Positions 1 to 7,448 of a stretch of 19,360 nt of DNA are shown here, piece by piece. How positions within the stretch are numbered: the stretch's first letter is position 1; every line of letters begins with the position of its first letter. A program made the translations under genes and the position numbers. The notes beneath the pieces were generated by a model, which was not told the origin of the DNA, made no database searches, and saw only the letters and a list, made by a program, of their open reading frames with translations. This stretch comes from Methanobacteriota archaeon (lineage in GTDB: Archaea > Thermoplasmatota > Poseidoniia > Poseidoniales > Poseidoniaceae), in assembly GCA_002731395.1 (NCBI GenBank), contig PCBQ01000067.1:1-19360 (forward strand), given 5' to 3'.

Positions 1-201
1 GACTTTGACGTGACCGTGCTTTCACCCTCATCCCTTGAGTTTGAATTCGACGCGAAGCGCCTCGATCGTACGGGGTATGAGGTGCTCAAGACCGAGCGTG
101 ATGTTTTGATCGGCGAACTTCGTGGACTCGGTGTCAACATCATGGATTGGGAGCCTGACATGCTCCTTTCGACGGCCCTCGCCGGAGCGCGAGGATTCTG
201 A
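1..201 (+). CDS. 3' end of a CDS that starts upstream of the window (hypothetical protein; possibly a DUF58/vWA-like C-terminus)
   Basis: Frame 1 is open from base 1 to TGA at 199-201; the track ORF 10..201 is only the part after an internal start. The amino-acid composition is balanced, not shadow-like. The stop codon overlaps a GAGGTGA Shine-Dalgarno for the next gene, which suggests co-transcription. The family hint rests only on a weak recollection of archaeal DUF58 C-termini (V.V.DW.PD..L). Confidence 0.5.
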   Translation, partial: DFDVTVLSPSSLEFEFDAKRLDRTGYEVLKTERDVLIGELRGLGVNIMDWEPDMLLSTALAGARGF

Positions 202-210
202 GGTGAGTCT

Positions 211-1131
211 ATGGCAGGAAAAAAGTCTGGAGACACCGCTCACCTGTACGACAGCAAGACGGTTCGGTCCTCAGCACCCAGCCGGAAGAAACTGGCAGGA
301 AATGCCGGCATTGGCACGGAGATCCCCAAGGATGCGATCCCCGAAATCCAAATTCCATCCTTTGTTGAAAGCCTCCTTGGTGGACCCTTGGTCCCAAAAA
401 TGAAGTTCCTTCCGCCCGATAAGATGGTTCAAAATCTTCAACTTGCGGTGTACGGGATCCTCATCGCATTGGCGTTTCTGACGCTGATCGTCTCCCCAGG
501 GGCCGGCACCATCTGGTACATGCTCACCGGAAGCATTGGCGCGGCGACCACGATTCAAGTCGTGGTCATCGCTATGGCGACCATCGCTGGATTTGTCGGG
601 ACCTTCCGCCGAGACGGCCGTTATCTTCTGTCCTCTAACGTGCTGTTCATCCTTGCTATCCTTCGTTTTGCTTCTTCGAAGGTCGCGCTTTCCTTCGATC
701 CATTTGGGCTCGCTGAGCGTCCCTTTTTGCTCAGCAGCCTGGTCGTGGTTTACGCGGTTTTCCTCATCATGTACATCGAGATCGGCAATGGCGTGTTGCG
801 CTACAGCATGCTGGACACCAGCATCCGCACCAACGAAGTCTACGTCATGAACCCCGGGAAAATTGTCGGCAAGTACCACCGCGCCCTCGTTCTCAACCCC
901 ATCATATCCATCGTGTTGGCCACGCTCGTGCTCTCCGCCAATACCATCCTTCCCGCTCTGGTTGGTGTGCTTTCCAGCAACACCGCTCGCCGTCTCGAGG
1001 AGTCCGTTGAACTGACCTCGGTCTACGGCGTGGCGCTCGGGACGCTGTTCGTGTTCTTGGTCACGGGTGCCCTCTTTGCGCTCAACCTGCCGACGCATCT
1101 TCAGCGCTACCGCGAGAACCGCGAAGCTTGA
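211..1131 (+). CDS. Polytopic integral membrane protein, unknown function (306 aa, about 6-7 predicted TM helices after a hydrophilic ~70-aa N-terminus)
   Basis: ATG at 211 lies 4 nt after AGGTGA (201-206). Long hydrophobic stretches are present (LAVYGILIALAFLTLIV, VVVIAMATIAGFV, LLSSLVVVYAVFLIMYI, PIISIVLATLVLSA, VALGTLFVFLVTGALFAL). I recognise no family motif. Confidence 0.7.
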   Translation: MAGKKSGDTAHLYDSKTVRSSAPSRKKLAGNAGIGTEIPKDAIPEIQIPSFVESLLGGPLVPKMKFLPPDKMVQNLQLAVYGILIALAFLTLIVSPGAGTIWYMLTGSIGAATTIQVVVIAMATIAGFVGTFRRDGRYLLSSNVLFILAILRFASSKVALSFDPFGLAERPFLLSSLVVVYAVFLIMYIEIGNGVLRYSMLDTSIRTNEVYVMNPGKIVGKYHRALVLNPIISIVLATLVLSANTILPALVGVLSSNTARRLEESVELTSVYGVALGTLFVFLVTGALFALNLPTHLQRYRENREA

Positions 1132-2445
1132 TCATGCTTGAGCAAGCCACGCCGCGTTCTTTGCCGTCTGTTCCAATGTGGTTTTTACGTGGTCTCTCGG
1201 GACCAATATTCGAATTCGACGAACGTCATGATCGACGACCTCCGTGTTCTTCGCGTTCAGCCCGTGAAGCCAGGCCTCTGGGTCCTCCCACGAACCGATG
1301 TAGGTGATCATGGCCGAGGCCTCTCCGACGTGCATGACCTCCATGCCTATGTCTGACAAGGTTGCTTCGATCGCGTCGACGCCGCTGGCGTCCACGATGA
1401 GTCGGATGCCGTCCACCCACGACAACGAAGCATGCACTCCAAGGCCGCGGTCCGCCAACTGGTTCAGCAACGCAGCTTGTTGAGTGCCCGGGGTCCCAAC
1501 AGGGGAGAAGGTCACCTCAACGGAGCAGACGTCCATGGTGCACGCTGCTGCAAGGAGGCCGAAATCAGTGATGAAATCGGGGCCGATGGTGGTCGCTGCA
1601 GGTTTGCTCAAAGGTTCGCTCAGATGGCGCACTTCAATGGGAATTCCATCTGCGATGCAAGGCCCGACGGTTGCTGGATGCAGCACCGTCGCGTCCAATC
1701 CAGCGGCCATACGCGCCAGTTCGTAGGGGACGTAGGCGATTGGGTCGGTGTTGATGCCCCACCTTGGGTTCACTGGATGGATGCCGCGCACGTCCTTCCA
1801 TAGGATGACGCGCCGAGCGCCAAGCAGGTGGGCCACGGCCGTCGCCGTGTGGTCCGAACCACCCCGTCCGAGCAAGGCAAGCGCACCGTCTCGTCCAGAC
1901 CCCAGCCAGCCGGTGATCACCGGGATGCCGTGGAGGATGCTGCGGTCGAACCGTTCTGCACTCTGCTTCAAGTCCACGGCGTCCGCTTCTTGCGTGCCCG
2001 AGAGCATCATCCCGATGTCCTCGGCTCCCACAGCATGTGCTGGGAATCCACACCTGCGAAGGTGGTGGGCGATGACCAAAGCCGAGAGGCGTTCACCTGA
2101 GGCCAACAGCTGGATGCGAGCATCTTCATCGGTGGGGTCAGATTGCCGCCGCCTCAAGGCTTCCTCCATGGTTACAAGCACGCGCTCGAACCTGCTTTTG
2201 TCACGGCCACGGTCGAGGCGTGGTGCGAACATGAGGTGATGGGAACGAAGGTCAGACACCAAGCGCTCTGCGTACCGTGGGTCGTCCACGGCGCGCAACA
2301 ATCGGTCGGTGGTGCCCCACAGCGCGGACACCACGATGGCCGCAGGACCTTCGTCTTCTGCGATGCGGTCCGCCAGTCGGTCCAAATCGGGAGCTCCGCG
2401 GAGGACAGACCCCCCGAATTTGTGCACCGTCCATGCCTCAACCAT
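1132..2445 (-). CDS. lysC: Aspartate kinase (amino-acid kinase domain plus C-terminal ACT-like region), 437 aa
   Basis: N-terminal KFGGSVL...IVVSALWGTTDRLL and GRGGSDHTATAVAHLLGA...WKDVRGIHPVNPR match the aspartokinase signatures (KFGG[ST]S, VVSA..g.Td.L, GGSD..a, DV.G....DPR). The ATG at 2445-2443 overlaps the aroC stop by 8 nt (ATGGTTGA). Confidence 0.85.
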   Translation of the reverse strand: MVEAWTVHKFGGSVLRGAPDLDRLADRIAEDEGPAAIVVSALWGTTDRLLRAVDDPRYAERLVSDLRSHHLMFAPRLDRGRDKSRFERVLVTMEEALRRRQSDPTDEDARIQLLASGERLSALVIAHHLRRCGFPAHAVGAEDIGMMLSGTQEADAVDLKQSAERFDRSILHGIPVITGWLGSGRDGALALLGRGGSDHTATAVAHLLGARRVILWKDVRGIHPVNPRWGINTDPIAYVPYELARMAAGLDATVLHPATVGPCIADGIPIEVRHLSEPLSKPAATTIGPDFITDFGLLAAACTMDVCSVEVTFSPVGTPGTQQAALLNQLADRGLGVHASLSWVDGIRLIVDASGVDAIEATLSDIGMEVMHVGEASAMITYIGSWEDPEAWLHGLNAKNTEVVDHDVRRIRILVPRDHVKTTLEQTAKNAAWLAQA

Positions 2446-3517
2446 TCAGGTAGCCTCCACGAAGGGCAAGGTCCGTCACCACCAAGGCGGCGATGGCTTC
2501 CACCACCGCGACGCCACGTGGGCCGAGAACGGGATCATGTCGTCCTTTCACCGACAACGTGCTTGCCTCGCCGGTGGCCAGGTCGACCGTTGGCATCGGT
2601 TGTGGAATGCTGGAAGGAGGCTTGAGGGTCAACCGCACGACCAAATCTGCAGCCGAGGCCATGCCGCCAAGCGCACCCTCGGCAACATCGGTGTGCAACA
2701 CAGGTCCTTTCTCCGTTGGGTGCCAACCGCCGTGGTGGTCCGAACCACGCATGGCAAGCGCTCGAGTTCCTTGACCGAATTCAATCGCCCGAGCTCCAGG
2801 AACAGCAAGCAATGCACGTCCAAGCGCCGGTTCCAATCCGTCGAACCATGGCTCCCCGAGTCCCATCGGAAGGCCACCGATGATGAGGTCCACACGCGAG
2901 CCGATGCTGTCGCGCTCCTTCTTCAGGGACTCGACATGGTTGAGCATGGTCTCGGCCATGTCGGGGTCTTGGCATCGAATCACGGCTGCGGACGGCGTGG
3001 GCCACCCGCTCGTGTGTGTTGGTAGAGGTGCTTCATAGGGTCCAATGGCGCCGACGTGCGCCGTCACTTGAGCGCCCAGATGCTCAATCAACGGTGCGAC
3101 GATGGCTCCAGCAGCAACCAATCCTGCGGTCAATCGTGCAGAGGATGATCCGCCACCGCTCAAGTCCGCATGCCCTTCGCTGCGGACGTGCATCGGGAGG
3201 TCTTGATGTGCCGGGCGGGGACGATTGGGCAGGAAGCTGTAATCGCTCGTTCGGACGTCAGCGTTTGCGATTTCAATCAACATGGGCTGGCCGGTCGTGT
3301 GCCCGTCATGGACGCCTGAGGCGATGCGGACCACGTCATCCTCCTTTCTTTTGGTCCCGATACCTGCGCCGGGACGCCGTTGGTCCATGCGCGCTTGGAT
3401 GGCGCCATGGTCCACCGGAATACCGCTGGGTAGCCCTTCGATCATCGCTCCGACACATGGGCCATGGCTGGTGCCAAACAGGGTCACCGCTAATCGCTCG
3501 CCAAAGCGCATGCGCAT
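2438..3517 (-). CDS. aroC: Chorismate synthase, 359 aa
   Basis: The N-terminus MRMRFGERLAVTLFGTSHGPCVGAMIEGLPSGIPVD matches the AroC signature (FG..f.vt.fGESHG...g.vidG.PaG). Length is typical. The start could equally be the second Met, 6 nt downstream. Confidence 0.92.
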   Translation of the reverse strand: MRMRFGERLAVTLFGTSHGPCVGAMIEGLPSGIPVDHGAIQARMDQRRPGAGIGTKRKEDDVVRIASGVHDGHTTGQPMLIEIANADVRTSDYSFLPNRPRPAHQDLPMHVRSEGHADLSGGGSSSARLTAGLVAAGAIVAPLIEHLGAQVTAHVGAIGPYEAPLPTHTSGWPTPSAAVIRCQDPDMAETMLNHVESLKKERDSIGSRVDLIIGGLPMGLGEPWFDGLEPALGRALLAVPGARAIEFGQGTRALAMRGSDHHGGWHPTEKGPVLHTDVAEGALGGMASAADLVVRLTLKPPSSIPQPMPTVDLATGEASTLSVKGRHDPVLGPRGVAVVEAIAALVVTDLALRGGYLNG

Positions 3518-3705
3518 GGGACTCGCTAAGCCCTAAGCGCTCTGACCTTCAACCGTTGCCTTTCATTCAGAGCCGGGTATTTTCTGTTTGTTAGGGAATT
3601 TTGAGAAAATCTTGCCCCGCTCGCCTCATAGTATATGAAAACATGTAATTTTGCGACAAGAAAGAAACGCCGCTTTATATCTGTGAAAAAAACGTGGCCC
3701 GGTTA
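3518..3705. promoter_or_regulatory. Divergent promoter region between aroC and the rhodopsin gene; TATA-like box TTTATAT at 3674-3680, second TATA-like GTATATGA at 3631-3638
   Basis: This is the longest and most AT-rich intergenic spacer in the window. TTTATAT is centred about 29 nt upstream of ATG 3706, which is the spacing expected for an archaeal TATA box driving a leaderless or near-leaderless mRNA. Which element serves aroC is unclear. Confidence 0.5.
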
Positions 3706-4572
3706 ATGTCTGGAAACAAATCCCTCCGACGAACTGCCCTGCTGTTGACCGCCATGGCCGTGTTGGCCGTTCTCGTGCCCACCGCACTCGCTGCGGATGC
3801 GACCGTGGACGCCGACTCCGGCCTCCCCGCTTTCCTGAGCGACGGAGATGGCAACGACTCCCTTGAGTTGTTGACCTTCTTCTTGTTCTTCGTGGGGTAC
3901 ATCTCGATGGGTGCTGCCTTCGTGTTCTTCATGAGCGAGCGCAACAACGTCGCCCCCGAGTACCGCACCACGATGACCATCTCCGCGCTCATCGTCGGTA
4001 TTGCGGCCTTCCACTACTACTACATGCGTGGCGTGTACGTGGACACCCAGGTCGTCAGCACCGAATACCGCTACATGGACTGGATCATCACCGTCCCCTT
4101 GATGGCCCTCAAGTTCCCTTCCCTCGTGGGCAAGGATGCCATCACGGACAAGACCTTCGCCGGCCTCGGCTTCACGGGCATCTGCTTCGTGGGCGCCATC
4201 ATCATGATCGGCTTCGGTTACCTCGGTGAAGCCGACCTCATGGACGAAACCATCGCCCTCCTCCTCGGCGGAATGGGCTGGGCCATGATCATGGTCGCAA
4301 CCGGTCTGCCCTTCGGCCTCTTTGGCGGCCTTGGCGTGGACGACTCCAAGATCAAGGAAGAAGTGAAGTGGAGCACGGACGCTCTGCGCACCTTCATCCT
4401 CGTGGGCTGGATCATCTACCCCCTCGGTTACCTCTTCAACGAGAACACCTACGACCTCGGCAGCGAGGAAGTCATGGGTGTCCTCTACAACATCGCGGAC
4501 ATGATCAACAAGATCGGCTTCGGTGTCGTCGCCTGGATGGGCGCGAAGAAGGCCACGGCCGCGATGGCCTGA
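3706..4572 (+). CDS. Proteorhodopsin-family microbial rhodopsin (288 aa from ATG 3706) with an N-terminal signal-like segment
   Basis: FHYYYMRGV...RYMDWIITVPLMALKF aligns with proteorhodopsin FWHYMYMRGV...RYIDWLLTVPLLICEF (His75, Asp97 and Thr101 conserved). GYLGEA, GWIIYPLGY and the retinal Schiff-base motif YNIADMINKIGFG (Lys codon at 4510-4512) are also present. The track starts at GTG 3694, but that lies only about 17 nt from the TATA box, so ATG 3706 is preferred. Confidence 0.93.
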   Translation: MSGNKSLRRTALLLTAMAVLAVLVPTALAADATVDADSGLPAFLSDGDGNDSLELLTFFLFFVGYISMGAAFVFFMSERNNVAPEYRTTMTISALIVGIAAFHYYYMRGVYVDTQVVSTEYRYMDWIITVPLMALKFPSLVGKDAITDKTFAGLGFTGICFVGAIIMIGFGYLGEADLMDETIALLLGGMGWAMIMVATGLPFGLFGGLGVDDSKIKEEVKWSTDALRTFILVGWIIYPLGYLFNENTYDLGSEEVMGVLYNIADMINKIGFGVVAWMGAKKATAAMA

Positions 4573-4601
4573 ATCAGGTCAAATCACCAACCAACAACAC
4601 C

Positions 4602-4620
4602 CTAAGGCACATTGCCTTGG
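4602..4620. terminator. Hairpin in the convergent spacer between the rhodopsin and shikimate kinase genes (possible bidirectional terminator element)
   Basis: CCTAAGGCA-CAT-TGCCTTGG has a 6-bp perfect stem (4604-4609 / 4613-4618), extendable to 8 bp with one G-U pair. No clean oligo-T tract follows on either strand, so a terminator function is uncertain. Confidence 0.25.
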
Positions 4621-4665
4621 CCGAGCGGCGGCGTCCTGCGGGGCGCCGTCGCTCCCCCCTCTCTT

Positions 4666-5526
4666 TCACCCAACAAACCGCGTCTCGATGAGCTCCCTGT
4701 CTGGGGCCCGATGCGCGTACTGTTGCCTCAACCGCTCGATGGGTTGTTCGATGCCTGCCGGCACCACAATCACGATCGCAGGTCCTGAGCCCGTGATGCC
4801 GGCAGCCCGACCACCGTTCACGAACGCGTGGTTGGCGAGTTGTCGCCCCTGATGATCTTGTGTTGCAGCCACAACTCCACGTCCGTTTTGGGTCAACGCC
4901 ACCAACGGTCGGCCTTCTTGCAAGGCGGAAAGCGCATGCTGGAAATGAGATGCATGAGGCGTGAAGGCCTCCACTGGAGGGTGCTGTTCACGCTCCGGTC
5001 CTGTGAGGATGAGCACGCGCCAATCGTCAGGGTTCAGGCCCTCCCCTTCCATCACGACCCGTTCCTCGGCCGAGGTGGCCCCCACATCCACGACGCGCCA
5101 GCCAGGCTCGGCTGCCGCCCAAGCATCGTCGTAGGCACCGGTCATGGACACGCCAGCGGCCAATTGAGCCGTACCGGCAAGTTCCACCAGAGCCGCTGTT
5201 GATACCTCAACGTCGGCGGCATCGGCAAGGGCACGAAGGCCTGCGATGGCCACGGCAGCAGATGATTTCAGCCCTTGCCGAGGAGGAATGTTCGAGCGAA
5301 CCGCCCAGTGAAATTCCTCCGCAGGAGCAGGATGGCCTGCGTCCTTCCACGCGTTGAGTACCGCTTCAAGGAGGCCGTCGGGATCCCTCACCTCACGCCG
5401 TGGTGGTGTGTCAAGCAACCGAACGTTCACGGGGAGGTCCAGGCCGAGGCTTGCCCCATAGCCAATACCAGCGGCGTGGATTAGGCTGCATGCGCCATTG
5501 GCGCTGCCCGCTCCGATGACCGCCAT
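4666..5526 (-). CDS. aroK: Archaeal-type shikimate kinase (GHMP kinase family), 286 aa
   Basis: The GHMP motif PPRQGLKSSAAVAIAG is present, and the N-terminus MAVIGAGSANGACSLIHAAGIG is typical of the archaeal enzyme. ATG at 5526-5524 lies 2 nt after the TGA of the upstream DHQ synthase II gene with GGAG upstream. The track's 22-aa extension to 5592 overlaps that gene and is R/G/H-rich. Confidence 0.85.
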   Translation of the reverse strand: MAVIGAGSANGACSLIHAAGIGYGASLGLDLPVNVRLLDTPPRREVRDPDGLLEAVLNAWKDAGHPAPAEEFHWAVRSNIPPRQGLKSSAAVAIAGLRALADAADVEVSTAALVELAGTAQLAAGVSMTGAYDDAWAAAEPGWRVVDVGATSAEERVVMEGEGLNPDDWRVLILTGPEREQHPPVEAFTPHASHFQHALSALQEGRPLVALTQNGRGVVAATQDHQGRQLANHAFVNGGRAAGITGSGPAIVIVVPAGIEQPIERLRQQYAHRAPDRELIETRFVG

Positions 5527-5528
5527 GT

Positions 5529-6548
5529 TCAGTGCTCCGTGACCTCCGATTCGATGGGCTGACCCACGTGGCGCCCCGAGGCGTCTGACCAACTGATCAG
5601 ACGCATGCCTGTTTCCAGGGCGGTCACGGACACTGGGGTTCCACGGGCGTCAACAACTCGAACGGTTTCTGCGTTTTGCAATAGCACACGACCCTCTTGA
5701 CCTTTCTGATTCGAAAAGAGGACAGAAATGAGCGGTCTGCGCTCAATTTTCAAGCGGCCGACACGTAAGCATCGGTTGTTGCCCTCAGCGTCGGTAATCA
5801 TGACCTCATCGCCAGATTTGAGTTCGCTCAGGTAGCACGTGGATTGGTCTGCAAGCAGGACATATTGGTGAACCGCACCGGCGTTCACCCTGAATGGGCG
5901 GGTGGGGACAAAGGCCGAGGGGACGGTTTCGCCGTGAATCAGCGCCAGTTGTGCGGCCGTCGAACCCACCAGCATTCCTTCCCCGGGAGCAAGCAGGCCA
6001 GCTAAGTCCACACAAACACGGTCTCCGAGTCCAAATGACGTGACCTCGACGACCGTGGACATTTCCAACACACTTTGCGGGTGTGAGGATTCTGGATGCG
6101 CCTCATCCACGACCCGTTCAAGCCTCGATGATCGCATGGCTTCAGCCGCATCGAGCAGGGCTTCGGTCGGAGGCACGACCACAGCATCAACGCCGGTTTC
6201 CAAGGCATAGGCCGCACCAGCGATGCTTTGCGGAGTCTCCACCACGGCTGCGATTTTTGTTGGGGAGCCTTGTGCTGCTGCCACCACATTTTCCACGGGA
6301 ATCATGGACCAATCTTCGAACGTCAACACCACCCAGTCCACGAGACCAACATGTGCGAGGGCCTTCTGCTGCTGGTCTTCTGAAGCGATGTGCACGTGAG
6401 CGGTACCGGTGGCCTCGTTGTGGCCGTCCCTCACGTCCAACACAGTAACGGAAGCGTCCGCGATGGATTCATCGGATAAGCGGAGACAGCGTGCGATGCT
6501 TTCGCGGCTTGAAGCCGCCTCGCTCCACCCCAAGGTCCAGATTTCCAT
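5529..6548 (-). CDS. 3-dehydroquinate synthase II (archaeal AroB'), 339 aa
   Basis: RPFRVNAGAVHQYV, GEGMLVGSTAAQLALIHGET and LETGVDAVVV match my recollection of the PF01959 (MJ1249-type) enzyme. Start MEIWTLGW at 6548 lies 2 nt after the TAA of the upstream gene with GAGG upstream. The track's 40-aa extension is R/G/P/H-rich and overlaps the upstream CDS. Confidence 0.88.
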   Translation of the reverse strand: MEIWTLGWSEAASSRESIARCLRLSDESIADASVTVLDVRDGHNEATGTAHVHIASEDQQQKALAHVGLVDWVVLTFEDWSMIPVENVVAAAQGSPTKIAAVVETPQSIAGAAYALETGVDAVVVPPTEALLDAAEAMRSSRLERVVDEAHPESSHPQSVLEMSTVVEVTSFGLGDRVCVDLAGLLAPGEGMLVGSTAAQLALIHGETVPSAFVPTRPFRVNAGAVHQYVLLADQSTCYLSELKSGDEVMITDAEGNNRCLRVGRLKIERRPLISVLFSNQKGQEGRVLLQNAETVRVVDARGTPVSVTALETGMRLISWSDASGRHVGQPIESEVTEH

Positions 6549-6550
6549 GC

Positions 6551-7351
6551 TTAGCCCTCGAGGTGGTGTGCTGCCTCTTCGGGAGTGGCCCCCTGATGTA
6601 CGATGGCGTGGATGGCCCGTACCATGTTCGCAGGGTGCGGGTGAGCGAAGATTTGACGCCCCATGCACACGCCGGCTGCTCCGGCTTTCATGGCTCCGCT
6701 GATCATGTGGAGGAGGACCATGTCGTCATCCGTGCGAGGTCCTCCTGCGAGAAGGACAGGAATTGGCGCGGCTGATGTCACGTGCCTAAACGCCTCCACA
6801 GAACCGCTCCACGCTGCTTTGGCGACGTTGCAACCTAATTCAAACGCAAGCCGAACGGCGTGGGCTTGCCCGTTGGTCGGATCCACCGACATCGGGCTAA
6901 GGTTCGGACCACGGGCATAGACCATTCCGAGGGCAGGCACTCCAAGCCGATGGGCATCGGCAGTGACGACTCCGAGGCGCTCAATCATACGCCCTTCACC
7001 TGGCGTGCCCATGTTGACTTGCGCACTGACGGCGTGTGCACCACGAGCGAGCACTTCCTCGACGCTGCCGACGCTGACCTTCTCCCCAGCATCAGGGCCA
7101 CCATGACGTGTGGACACCGAGAGGTGGGCCACAAGGCCGATGGAAGGGGCATTTCCGGTGCGCACAAGATGGCTGATGAGGCCCTTCTGAGCCACGATGG
7201 CGTCGGCTCCTCCCTCGCTCAGTGCAGCAACAAGGGCGTCGACGTCCTGCAGTCCCGGAACCGGCCAATCCGATGCACCATGGTCGATGGGGACCCAGAC
7301 ACCTCGACCGCCTGGCAACAGGGCGTCCAAACCGGGTCGGCCTCCGCTCAT
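6551..7351 (-). CDS. 2-amino-3,7-dideoxy-D-threo-hept-6-ulosonate (ADH) synthase, DhnA-type class I aldolase (AroA'), 266 aa
   Basis: VWVPIDHGAS...GGADAIVAQKG...GAHAVSAQVN...GVPALGMVYARG...NVAKAAW...PVLLAGGPRTDDD...AGAAGVCMGRQIF aligns along its whole length with my recollection of MJ0400, including the Schiff-base Lys position. It sits directly upstream of DHQ synthase II. An FbaB-type aldolase function cannot be strictly excluded on sequence alone. Start set at MSGGRPG (7351). Confidence 0.8.
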   Translation of the reverse strand: MSGGRPGLDALLPGGRGVWVPIDHGASDWPVPGLQDVDALVAALSEGGADAIVAQKGLISHLVRTGNAPSIGLVAHLSVSTRHGGPDAGEKVSVGSVEEVLARGAHAVSAQVNMGTPGEGRMIERLGVVTADAHRLGVPALGMVYARGPNLSPMSVDPTNGQAHAVRLAFELGCNVAKAAWSGSVEAFRHVTSAAPIPVLLAGGPRTDDDMVLLHMISGAMKAGAAGVCMGRQIFAHPHPANMVRAIHAIVHQGATPEEAAHHLEG

Positions 7352-7448
7352 GTGGGCTTCTCCTCGCCTTTGGCCGTCAATCTTTGCTCGCCCTAAGGCG
7401 GGAGGGTTGGGCGATACGGTCAAGACCGACCTCGTTCTGCATGGCATC

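Noticed and set aside
271-1098. A 275-aa minus-strand ORF antisense to the membrane-protein gene. Similar long antisense or off-frame ORFs occur elsewhere (e.g. 1634..2053 -, 2309..3025 +, 8782..9648 -, 9937..10440 -, 9993..10598 +, 12165..13013 +, 12314..12850 -, 13562..14107 -, 15529..15993 -, 15845..16435 +).
   Set aside because: These are typical shadow ORFs of high-GC DNA. They have R/G/H/P/A-rich low-complexity composition and no motifs. Each is fully overlapped by a gene with strong family signatures on another frame.
3579-3610. A 7-bp inverted repeat, ATTTTCT...AGAAAAT, in the aroC/rhodopsin spacer.
   Set aside because: It is a short, AT-only stem with an 18-nt spacer inside an AT-rich region, so it is easily explained by chance. 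It is not strong enough to call a regulatory site.
3694-3705. GTG 3694 as the rhodopsin start (MARL...).
   Set aside because: It lies only about 17 nt from the TATA-like box, so it is probably upstream of the transcription start. ATG 3706 fits leaderless geometry. The question remains open until 5' ends are mapped.
5527-5592. N-terminal extensions of track ORFs (shikimate kinase to 5592, DHQ synthase II to 6668, ADH synthase to 7474, purP to 13229, TDO from 13082, ctaB from 16308, the ER/K protein from 7197, the small membrane protein from 8737).
   Set aside because: The extensions are R/G/P/H-rich and overlap the preceding gene or promoter spacer. They make the proteins longer than their families. 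Internal ATGs sit 2-9 nt after the upstream stop with Shine-Dalgarno motifs, or at TATA-compatible spacing.
3530-7397. The heptamer CCCTAAG recurs in three intergenic spacers (about 3530-3536, 4599-4605 and 7391-7397).
   Set aside because: About two to three copies of any 7-mer are expected in 19 kb when both strands are counted, and a reverse-complement copy also lies inside a coding region (about 19336-19342). I cannot establish enrichment without a genome-wide count.
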